Made by a program: the position numbers and the translations under genes | Notes under the pieces: model-generated | Seen by the model: the letters and a program-made list of their open reading frames with translations, nothing else | Databases searched by the model: none | Told to the model about the DNA's origin: nothing | Part shown: positions 1 to 7,624 of the stretch, piece by piece | Layout: each line of letters opens with the position of its first letter | Position numbering within the stretch: the stretch's first letter is position 1 | Source of the DNA: Candidatus Methylomirabilia bacterium | Lineage (GTDB): Bacteria > Methylomirabilota > Methylomirabilia > Rokubacteriales > CSP1-6 | Assembly: GCA_041496385.1 (NCBI GenBank) | Contig: JBGQEL010000010.1 | Location: 7,387-71,386 of the forward strand | Direction: 5' to 3' | Length of the DNA stretch: 64,000 nucleotides

Positions 1-1094
1 AGGAAGGCGGCGATGCTCTTCGGGTCGTGCCGCACTTCCGAGGGGCGCACCGCCTCGTGCGCCTCCTGAGCGCTCCCGCGCGAGCGGTAGACCGGGGCGG
101 TGTCGGGAACGTACTCACGCCCGAGCCGGCCCGTGAGCCACTCCCGCGCCTCGTCCTGCGCCTCCCGCGCGACGCGCACCGAATCGGTTCGCATGTACGT
201 GATGAGGCCTTCGGGGCCCTCCGCGCCGAGGTCGATCCCCTCGTAGAGCTGCTGGGCGACCGTCATCGTCTTCTTCGCGGTGAACCCGAGCTTGCGGCCC
301 GCCTCCTGCTGGAGCGTGGAGGTGATGAACGGCGGCGCGGGGTTCCGGCGGCGCTCGCCGCGCGTGACCGCCTTGACGACGTAGCGCGCGCCCTCGAGCG
401 ACGCCATGAGCGCGCGCGTTCCCTGCTCGTCGGCGAGCGACGCCTTCTCGCCCCCGACCTCCTTGAGCGTGGCCACGAACTCCGGCGGAAGCGTGGTGGC
501 CAGCCGGGCGTGGAGCGACCAGTACTCGACAGGCACGAACGCCTGGATCTCCCGCTCGCGGTCGACGATGATCCGCACGGCCACCGACTGGACGCGGCCG
601 GCCGAGAGGCCTCGCTGGACCTTGTCCCAGAGGAGCGGCGAGAGGCTGTAGCCCACGAGACGGTCGAGGATACGGCGCGCCTGCTGGGCATCCACCTTCT
701 TGAGGTCGATCTTCCCGGGCTTGAGGAACGCCGCCTTCACCGCGCGCTCCGTGATCTCGTTGAAGGTGATGCGGAAGACGTTCTTCTTGTCGACGTCGAG
801 CTCTTGCGCGAGGTGCCAGCCGATGGCCTCGCCCTCGCGATCCGGGTCGGTCGCGACGTAGAGCGTATCCACCTTCTCCGCCGCCTTCTTCAGCTCGTCG
901 AGCACCTTCTTCTTCGTCGGCGACACGACGTACTTCGGCTTGAACCCCTTCTTCGGGTCCACGCCGAGCTGCGATTTCGGGAGATCGCGCACGTGACCCA
1001 TCGAGGCCTTCACGATGAAGGCCGAGCTCAGATACTTCTGGATCGTCTTCACCTTCGTCGGCGACTCCACCACGACCAGCGACCGCTTTGCCAC
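1..1094 (-). CDS. topA: DNA topoisomerase I (5' part; runs off the window edge)
   Basis: Manual translation from GTG at 1094 gives MAKRSLVVVESPTKVKTIQKYL...ATDPDREGEAI...RITFNEIT...QQARRILDRLVGY...SAGRVQS, the Toprim and type IA motifs. The frame is open to the window edge and is not in the ORF track. Confidence 0.95.
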   Translation of the reverse strand, partial: MAKRSLVVVESPTKVKTIQKYLSSAFIVKASMGHVRDLPKSQLGVDPKKGFKPKYVVSPTKKKVLDELKKAAEKVDTLYVATDPDREGEAIGWHLAQELDVDKKNVFRITFNEITERAVKAAFLKPGKIDLKKVDAQQARRILDRLVGYSLSPLLWDKVQRGLSAGRVQSVAVRIIVDREREIQAFVPVEYWSLHARLATTLPPEFVATLKEVGGEKASLADEQGTRALMASLEGARYVVKAVTRGERRRNPAPPFITSTLQQEAGRKLGFTAKKTMTVAQQLYEGIDLGAEGPEGLITYMRTDSVRVAREAQDEAREWLTGRLGREYVPDTAPVYRSRGSAQEAHEAVRPSEVRHDPKSIAAF

Positions 1095-1987
1095 TACGCT
1101 CTCCTCGCTCCAATCGTCACCGAGACCCACCGCTGTCCCGAAAGCTGCCGGGCCCACCCGCCCAGCTCGAGGGCCACGAGCGTCACCGCCGCGCGCGCGG
1201 GCGACAGGCCCGCGCGGGCGATCAGCCGCTCGATCTGCTGAGGCTCGTCCGGCGTCAACAACTCCAGCATTCTGGCTTCGTCACTCCCGTTGTCCGGCGG
1301 CGCCGGCGCGGATTCGCTCACCGATGGACTGCGTACCGCACGCCTCCACGGCTCCGGCAATTCTGACACGATGTCCTGCCAGCCGGTTATCAGTTTAGCA
1401 CCGTCCTGGATGAGACGGTTCGCACCGGCCGACTGCGCAGAGGTGATTCGGCCAGGAATTGCGAACACTTCGCGGCCGAGATCGCCTGCGAATCCGGCGG
1501 TGATGAGTGCGCCGCTGCGCTCCCCGGCCTCGACCACGAGGACGCCCAGCGCGAGCCCCGCGAGGGTCCGGTTCCTGGCCGGAAAGTGGCCCGGGCGTAC
1601 CGGCACCCCGGGCGCGAATTGCGAGACGAGCGCGCCCCGCGCCTCGATCTGGCGCGCCAGCGCGTGGTTCTCGGGCGGATACATGACGTCGAGGCCCGAG
1701 CCGAGCACGGCGATAGTCCGGCCGCCTGCGGCGAGTGCGCCACGGTGCGCCGCCGTGTCGATCCCCCGCGCGAAACCGCTCACGATCGTGACGCCGCGCG
1801 CGGCGAGCTCCCCGGCGAGGCGCTCCGCGACCTCGAGGCCGTACGGGGTGGCGCGGCGCGCGCCCACGATCGCGAGCGCGAGCGCATCCTCGGCCGCGAG
1901 CGCGCCCCGCACCCAGAGGGCGGGCGGCGACGACACGGCGCCGAGGAGCGCGGGATACCCGGGTGCGCCCGGTTCGAGAGGGCTCAT
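1094..1987 (-). CDS. dprA: DNA-processing protein DprA/Smf
   Basis: AIVGARRATPYG, IVSGFARGIDTAAH, FPARNR and VVEAGERSGALITA motifs; classic dprA-topA synteny; start trimmed to ATG 1987. Confidence 0.93.
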   Translation of the reverse strand: MSPLEPGAPGYPALLGAVSSPPALWVRGALAAEDALALAIVGARRATPYGLEVAERLAGELAARGVTIVSGFARGIDTAAHRGALAAGGRTIAVLGSGLDVMYPPENHALARQIEARGALVSQFAPGVPVRPGHFPARNRTLAGLALGVLVVEAGERSGALITAGFAGDLGREVFAIPGRITSAQSAGANRLIQDGAKLITGWQDIVSELPEPWRRAVRSPSVSESAPAPPDNGSDEARMLELLTPDEPQQIERLIARAGLSPARAAVTLVALELGGWARQLSGQRWVSVTIGARRA

Positions 1988-2072
1988 GGTGGCCGCAGCG
2001 CGGCGGCCCCTGAGTACACCGCCCACGCCGGGCTCGCAAGAGAGTCCGGAGTGATACGGTGGGGATGCCCGC

Positions 2073-2864
2073 CTAGCGGATGGCGGATTCGTGACGGCGG
2101 AGCAGTGCCCGGGCGATGGTCGCCGGCTCGCTGCCCCCATGCTCGCGCACCACCGCCTGCCACGCGGCGCGCGCGCGCACGGGGTCGTGCAGGCTCCAGT
2201 GACAGAGCCCGGTCTTCACGAGCGCGTCGGGGACCTTCCCCGCGCCCATCTCGATCACCTTCTGGAACTCGAGCAGCGCCTGCCGGTAGTCCCGCTGCAC
2301 GTAGTAGGCCTCACCGATCCAGTACTGCGCGTTCGCGGCGAGCGGATGCTTCGGGTACTTGCCGATGAGGTCCGTGAAGTCGAGCACCGCCTGACCGTAC
2401 TCACGCGCCCGGTACAGGGCCAGCGCGGTCGCGTAGGCCTGGTCGGGCGCGATCGAGCGCTCCCGCGCCTCGCGCGGCTCGGCACGGCGCTCCACCGGGG
2501 CCCTGGGCGCGGGCGCCGGCGCGGCCGGCGCCGTGGTGGCGGGCGCGGGCGGCGGCGCTTCCACGAGCGCGCGCGTCTTCTTGATCTCGTCTTCGGCGGC
2601 GCTCACGCGCGCGGCGAGCCTCGCGAGGTCGTCCGAGGCCGTGCGCACCCCCGAACCCAGCTCTCGCGTGCGGGCGTCGAGCGCCTGGAGCTCCGATCGG
2701 GCGCGGGCGATCTCGCGGGTCGACAGCTCCTGGGCGGAACGCGCGTCGGCCAGCTCCGCGCGGAGCCTGGTGACGTCGGACTGGAGACGATTCACCGTGC
2801 CCCGGCTCGCGCAGCCGGTCGCGAGGACAGCCGTGACGGCCACCACGCCGAGGGCACGATTCAT
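2073..2864 (-). CDS. cpoB: Tol-Pal-associated TPR lipoprotein, CpoB/YbgF-like
   Basis: Lipobox (LATGC), coiled coil, Pro/Ala linker and C-terminal TPR (YPKHPLAANAQYWIGEAYY...KVPDALVK). Confidence 0.75.
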   Translation of the reverse strand: MNRALGVVAVTAVLATGCASRGTVNRLQSDVTRLRAELADARSAQELSTREIARARSELQALDARTRELGSGVRTASDDLARLAARVSAAEDEIKKTRALVEAPPPAPATTAPAAPAPAPRAPVERRAEPREARERSIAPDQAYATALALYRAREYGQAVLDFTDLIGKYPKHPLAANAQYWIGEAYYVQRDYRQALLEFQKVIEMGAGKVPDALVKTGLCHWSLHDPVRARAAWQAVVREHGGSEPATIARALLRRHESAIR

Positions 2865-2914
2865 CCGCGGCGACCCTAGCACGCGGGCGAAAACGAAGTC
2901 AACGGGGGGGCGCG

Positions 2915-4129
2915 TCAGCGCGCGCGCGGTTCGAGGCCGCGCAGCAGGATGACGTCGACCGCGCCGCCTGCGTCCACGACCGTGTCGGGCGCGACGACCG
3001 CCAGGCCGTCGGCGAGGACCATCGACCGCAGAATGCCGGAGCCCTGGTCGCCGGTGAGCCGGGCGCCCCAGCCGCCGTCCCCCGCGCGGTCGAGCGTGAC
3101 GCGCAGGTACCCTCGCCGGGGGCCGGGATTCGCGATCCGCGCGAGCGCGCGCGCCCGAACCCGCGGCCGCTCGACGTCGACGCAGCCCATCATCCGGCGG
3201 AGCGCCGGACGCACGAAGAGCTCGAACGTCACCATCGCCGAGACGGGATTGCCCGGCAGCCCGAAGACGGGGCGGCCGGCGAGCGAGCCGAACGTGATCG
3301 GCTTGCCCGGGCGCATCGAGACCTTCCAGAGATGGAGCTCCGCTCCGCTGCGCTCGAGCGCGTCGCGCACGAGATCGAGCTCGCCGACCGACACGCCGGC
3401 CGAGGAGACGAGGACGTCGGCCGCGGTCGCCCAGCCCACCCGCTCGACGATCGCCTCGAGGCGATCGGGCGCGACGCCCAGGCTCACCGGTTCGGCGCCC
3501 GCCTCGAGCGTCTGCGCCATCAGCGAGTAGGTGTTCGTGTTCGGGATCTGGCCGGGCCCGGGAGCCGTGCCGAGGTCGGCGAGCTCGTTGCCTGTCGAGA
3601 GAATCGCGACGCGCGGACGCCGATAGACGCGAACCCGGGCGTATCCGAGCGTGGCGAGAAGCCCGACTTCCGCCGAGCCGACCATCTGGCCCGCCGGCAC
3701 CACGACGTCGCCCGCGCGCACGTCCTCACCGGCGGGCCGCACGAACGCGCCGCGCGCCACGGGCTGCCGCAGCTCGATCCGGCCGCCCTCGGCGACCACG
3801 TCCTCCTGCGGCACGACGGCGTCGGAACCCTGGGGCAGCGGCGCACCGGTGAAGATCCGCATCGCCTCGCCCGCGCCGACCCGTCGCGCCGGGAGCTCGC
3901 CCGCGGCCACGCGGCCGACGACCTCGAGCTCGGCGCGGCCGGCCCGCGTGTCGTCGGCCCGGATCGCGTAACCGTCCATCGAGGAGTTGGGCCAGGGCGG
4001 CAGCTCCCGGCCGGCCACGACGGGCTCGGCCAGGACGCGGCCCAGCGCGGCGAGCACCTCGACCTGCTCCGTTCCGAGCGGGCGCACGCGTGAGAGAATC
4101 TGCGCCAGCGCCTCTTCGACGCTCAGCAT
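2915..4129 (-). CDS. moeA: Molybdopterin molybdotransferase MoeA
   Basis: PPWPNSSMDGYA, RIFTGAPLP, STGNEL, SAGVSVG and GLPGNPVSA motifs. Confidence 0.95.
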   Translation of the reverse strand: MLSVEEALAQILSRVRPLGTEQVEVLAALGRVLAEPVVAGRELPPWPNSSMDGYAIRADDTRAGRAELEVVGRVAAGELPARRVGAGEAMRIFTGAPLPQGSDAVVPQEDVVAEGGRIELRQPVARGAFVRPAGEDVRAGDVVVPAGQMVGSAEVGLLATLGYARVRVYRRPRVAILSTGNELADLGTAPGPGQIPNTNTYSLMAQTLEAGAEPVSLGVAPDRLEAIVERVGWATAADVLVSSAGVSVGELDLVRDALERSGAELHLWKVSMRPGKPITFGSLAGRPVFGLPGNPVSAMVTFELFVRPALRRMMGCVDVERPRVRARALARIANPGPRRGYLRVTLDRAGDGGWGARLTGDQGSGILRSMVLADGLAVVAPDTVVDAGGAVDVILLRGLEPRAR

Positions 4130-4160
4130 GCTCGTATTGTAGCGGGGACGGCGCGCCGGT

Positions 4161-5273
4161 CTAGTGGTGGCCCGTGTGCGGCAGGTTCAGGACCGGCCTG
4201 TAGCGGTTGAAGAAGCTCCGCCGGCAGAGCAGGAAGAGGGCGAGGAACCCCAGCGTGATCGCGATGTCCCGCGCGCCGAGCGGGAGCCGGGCGGCGGCCG
4301 AGACCGACGGGAAGACGACGAAGACGCGCTCGAGGAAGATCGCGACCAGGCCGAAGAGCGCGACGACGACCAGCGGCGCGTGCCGGTGCGGCGGTCGCCC
4401 CGTCAGCCGCTTGAGCAGGTACGCAAACGGCACCAGCCAGCCGACGACGAACACGACCCACGCGAGCGTCTGCCAGGGCTGCACGAAGAGGCGTTTGACG
4501 AAGAAGCGCGTCTCGGCGGGCACGTTCCCATACCAGATCACCAGGTACTGCGACCAGAAGAAGTACATCCACATGATCGACAGGGCGAACTGGAGCTTGG
4601 CGACGTCCTGGATCGCGGCCGGGGGGATCGACGCCTGGCCGCGCGCGTTGGCCCGCACCGAGAGGATCGAGAGCAGGCAGAGCGTGGTGTAGAACGTGCT
4701 CACGACGAAGTAGCCGCCGAAGAGCCCGCTGTACCACATGGGCTCGAGCGACATCACGAGGTCGAAGCCCCAGAGCGAGACGACGACCACCCAGAGCATC
4801 AGGAGAACGACCGCGAGCCGGTTGCGGCGCGCACGCTCGCCCGCGTCGTCCGGCGGCATCGCGTCGCGAAGCAGCGCCCGCACGAACGCCATCGCGACCA
4901 GAAAGAGCAGCACCGTCCCGACCCACGTCCGGGCCCAGAAGAAGTTCCAGGTCAGCCAGGGCTCCTTGGCCGGGATGGGGGTCGTGACCCACGGGTAGAG
5001 CGTGACGCCGCCGAGGCTCAGCAGCACGAACAGCACGAACGCGACCGGCAGAAATCCCGAGGTGGTCAGGGCGATGCGGCGGACGCTCGGCGACCAGCGC
5101 GCCTCGGTGAGCTGCATCATCGCCGCGATCGCGGGCCCCGTGACCGCGAGCCCCGACCAGAAGACGAGGTTGACCAGGTAGATCGACCAGACCTGGGCCG
5201 CGTCCGTCGAGCGCGCCCCGGTCAGGAACGCTACTGCGCCGAGCGCCACGATGAGGCCCCAGACGATCGTCAT
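4161..5273 (-). CDS. actF: Alternative complex III subunit ActF (NrfD-like membrane protein)
   Basis: Multi-TM protein with FDLVMSLEPMWYSGLFG and YFFWSQYLVIWYGNVP motifs; last gene of the act cluster; start at ATG 5273. Confidence 0.85.
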   Translation of the reverse strand: MTIVWGLIVALGAVAFLTGARSTDAAQVWSIYLVNLVFWSGLAVTGPAIAAMMQLTEARWSPSVRRIALTTSGFLPVAFVLFVLLSLGGVTLYPWVTTPIPAKEPWLTWNFFWARTWVGTVLLFLVAMAFVRALLRDAMPPDDAGERARRNRLAVVLLMLWVVVVSLWGFDLVMSLEPMWYSGLFGGYFVVSTFYTTLCLLSILSVRANARGQASIPPAAIQDVAKLQFALSIMWMYFFWSQYLVIWYGNVPAETRFFVKRLFVQPWQTLAWVVFVVGWLVPFAYLLKRLTGRPPHRHAPLVVVALFGLVAIFLERVFVVFPSVSAAARLPLGARDIAITLGFLALFLLCRRSFFNRYRPVLNLPHTGHH

Positions 5274-5776
5274 TTCTGCGCGAGGGTCCGGAGGAAGTTC
5301 ACGAGGTGCCACGCCTCTTCGGAGGAGAGCGCCTCGCCGTACGACGGCATCACCGCGCCGCCCACGACGATGTAGCTGTGCCAGTAGCCGTCGGTGCGCT
5401 GCTTCTGGAACTCGGCGTTCGTGAGGTCGGGCGGCGGGATGAACTTCGTCGCCACCGCACCCGTCACCCCGCCCTTGCCCTCGGGCCCGTGGCAGGGCGC
5501 GCAGAAGGTCGCGAAGTGCGCGCGGCCCACCGCGACGGACGCCGCCGAGGGCTTCACCGGGTTCGGCTGCTTCGCCGCGACGTCGCGCTGCTCCCGGGGA
5601 ATCACGAGATCGCCGCCGCGCGGCACCACGCCCGCGGGCATCTTGAAGACGCGCTCGCCCGGCACGATCCGGGCCGTCTGCGTCATGTCGTCCGTCCAGT
5701 GTACGACGACGGCTCCGCCGATCAGCCCGCCGGCGCCGGCGACGGCCAGGAGCGTGAGCATGAAGACCCACTTCAC
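5270..5776 (-). CDS. actE: Alternative complex III monoheme cytochrome c ActE
   Basis: One CAPCH heme motif, distal Met (VMPSYG), N-terminal hydrophobic anchor; GTG start overlaps the actD stop. Confidence 0.82.
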   Translation of the reverse strand: MKWVFMLTLLAVAGAGGLIGGAVVVHWTDDMTQTARIVPGERVFKMPAGVVPRGGDLVIPREQRDVAAKQPNPVKPSAASVAVGRAHFATFCAPCHGPEGKGGVTGAVATKFIPPPDLTNAEFQKQRTDGYWHSYIVVGGAVMPSYGEALSSEEAWHLVNFLRTLAQK

Positions 5777-6285
5777 GGCCGCACGTCCTCCGCGCCCGCC
5801 CCTCGTAGGATTTCCCGGACGGAGCCGCCGCGGCCCGGCGCCACGTGCACGGCCACCCCGAACCGGTCGCTCGTGAAGCGCGGGTCGTAGCTCGCGCTCG
5901 GCTTGAAGCGCGGCAGCCGCGCGAGCACGACCATGCCGATCAGCGTCGCGATGCCGCCGAAGAGGATCGTCAGCTCGAAGGCGATGACGACGAAGGGCGG
6001 AATCGAGACGACCGGCTTGCCGCCCGTCGTGAGGCTCCACTGCATGGCCGACCAGATGGTCAGGAGGAACCCGGACGCGGTCCCCGTCAGGGCGCCGACG
6101 AGCGTGAAGAGGCGCACACGACTCACGGGACGGTCGCGCTCGACGACGGCCTCGATCTCGTGGATCGGCACGGGCGTGTACACCGTGAGGTCGTGGTACC
6201 CCTTCGCCTTGAGGTCTTCCAGCGCGCGGACCGTCGTGTCCACGTGCGCGAAGACGCCGAGGATCGTCTCAGTGGTGGCTGGCAT
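5773..6285 (-). CDS. actD: Alternative complex III subunit ActD (DUF3341-like)
   Basis: YTPVPIHEI, GGKP...FELTILF and YDPRFTSDRF motifs; two TM helices; position in cluster. Confidence 0.88.
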   Translation of the reverse strand: MPATTETILGVFAHVDTTVRALEDLKAKGYHDLTVYTPVPIHEIEAVVERDRPVSRVRLFTLVGALTGTASGFLLTIWSAMQWSLTTGGKPVVSIPPFVVIAFELTILFGGIATLIGMVVLARLPRFKPSASYDPRFTSDRFGVAVHVAPGRGGSVREILRGAGAEDVRP

Positions 6286-7624
6286 GGGCGCGGTCCCGCA
6301 GCGGCGGCGGGAGCGTCTCCTTGACCTCGACGATCGAGAGCGACGGCATCAGCTTGATGAAGCCCAGGAAGAGCAGGAAGAACCACGCGAAGCTGCCGAT
6401 CACGATCGCGGTGTCCGTCGGGCTCGGGTAGTAGATCCCCCACGTGTACGGGTAGAAGTCGTGGGCGAGCCCCGGGACGATGATGTTGAACCGCTCGAAC
6501 CACATGCCGATGAGCACGAGAATCGAGACGACGTAGAGGATCGTCGTGTTCGTTCGCGCCTTCTTCCAGAACAGAATCAGCGGCGCGACGCAGTTGCAGA
6601 AGTACATGGTCCAGAGCGCCCACGCGTAGGACTTCGTCACCTTCCAGAAGAGCGAGGCCTTCTCGAAGTGGTCGCCGCTGTAGACGGCGGTGAAGATCTC
6701 GCAGACGTAGAAATAGGTCAGCACGAGGCCGGTCACCAGGATGAGCCGCGCCATCGCGTCCAGGTGCTTGTCCTGGATGTACGCGTGGAGCTTGAAGTAG
6801 TGCCGCATCGGCAGGACCAGCACGACGACCATCGCGAAGCCGGAGAAGATCGCCCCGTCCACGAAGAACGGCGCGAACAGGGTCGAGTGCCAGCCAGGGA
6901 CCAGCGCCATCGCGAAGTCCCAGGACACGACGCTGTGGACGGACAGGACGAGCGGCGTCGCCAGCGCGGCCAAGAGGCCGTACGCGCGCCGGTAGTGCCG
7001 CCACTGCGAGTCCGCGCCCTCCCAGCCGAGCGCGAGCATCGCGTAGATCCGTCGCCGCCAGCCGGTCGAGGCGTCGCGCAGCGCCGCGATGTCGGGCACG
7101 AGCCCGACGATGAAGAACACCGTGGAGATCGACAGGTAGGTCGAGATCGCGAAGACGTCCCAGACGAGCGGCGAGCGGAAGTTCGGCCAGAGGTAGCGCT
7201 GGTTCGGATAGGGCAGCAGGAAGTACGCGAACCACATGCGGCCCGCGTGGATCAGCGGGAAGAGCCCGGCCGTCAGGACGGCGAAGATCGTCATCGCCTC
7301 GGCGGCGCGGTAGATCGAGGTCCGCCAGCGCGCGCGGAACAGGTACAGGACCGCCGAGATGAGCGTGCCCGCATGCCCGATGCCGATCCAGAAGACGAAC
7401 GTGGTGATGTACATCGCCCACATCTGGGGCGTGCGCTTGCCCGCCATGCCCATGCCCCACCAGATCTGCCCGGCCCACGCGGTGAAGCCCGTCGCGAGGA
7501 CCAGCGCGACGACGCTCATCCAGGCGAAGTAGAGGCGGCCCGGCGGGTCGAGCGTACGGAGGACGTCGCGGTTGACGTCCGCGAACGTCGGTGTCGTGGT
7601 CGGGCCGTCGCCCGCGGCGCTCAT
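6269..7624 (-). CDS. actC: Alternative complex III quinol-binding subunit ActC (NrfD/PsrC family)
   Basis: FVFWIGIGHAGTLISA, WPNFRSPLVWDVFAISTY, LSVHSVVSWDFA and WFERF motifs; start ATG 7624. Confidence 0.93.
   Translation of the reverse strand: MSAAGDGPTTTPTFADVNRDVLRTLDPPGRLYFAWMSVVALVLATGFTAWAGQIWWGMGMAGKRTPQMWAMYITTFVFWIGIGHAGTLISAVLYLFRARWRTSIYRAAEAMTIFAVLTAGLFPLIHAGRMWFAYFLLPYPNQRYLWPNFRSPLVWDVFAISTYLSISTVFFIVGLVPDIAALRDASTGWRRRIYAMLALGWEGADSQWRHYRRAYGLLAALATPLVLSVHSVVSWDFAMALVPGWHSTLFAPFFVDGAIFSGFAMVVVLVLPMRHYFKLHAYIQDKHLDAMARLILVTGLVLTYFYVCEIFTAVYSGDHFEKASLFWKVTKSYAWALWTMYFCNCVAPLILFWKKARTNTTILYVVSILVLIGMWFERFNIIVPGLAHDFYPYTWGIYYPSPTDTAIVIGSFAWFFLLFLGFIKLMPSLSIVEVKETLPPPLRDRAHASHH

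Noticed and set aside
115-1113. 332-aa minus-strand ORF in the track
   Set aside because: Wrong frame; the real gene is topA in another frame that lacks a stop inside the window.
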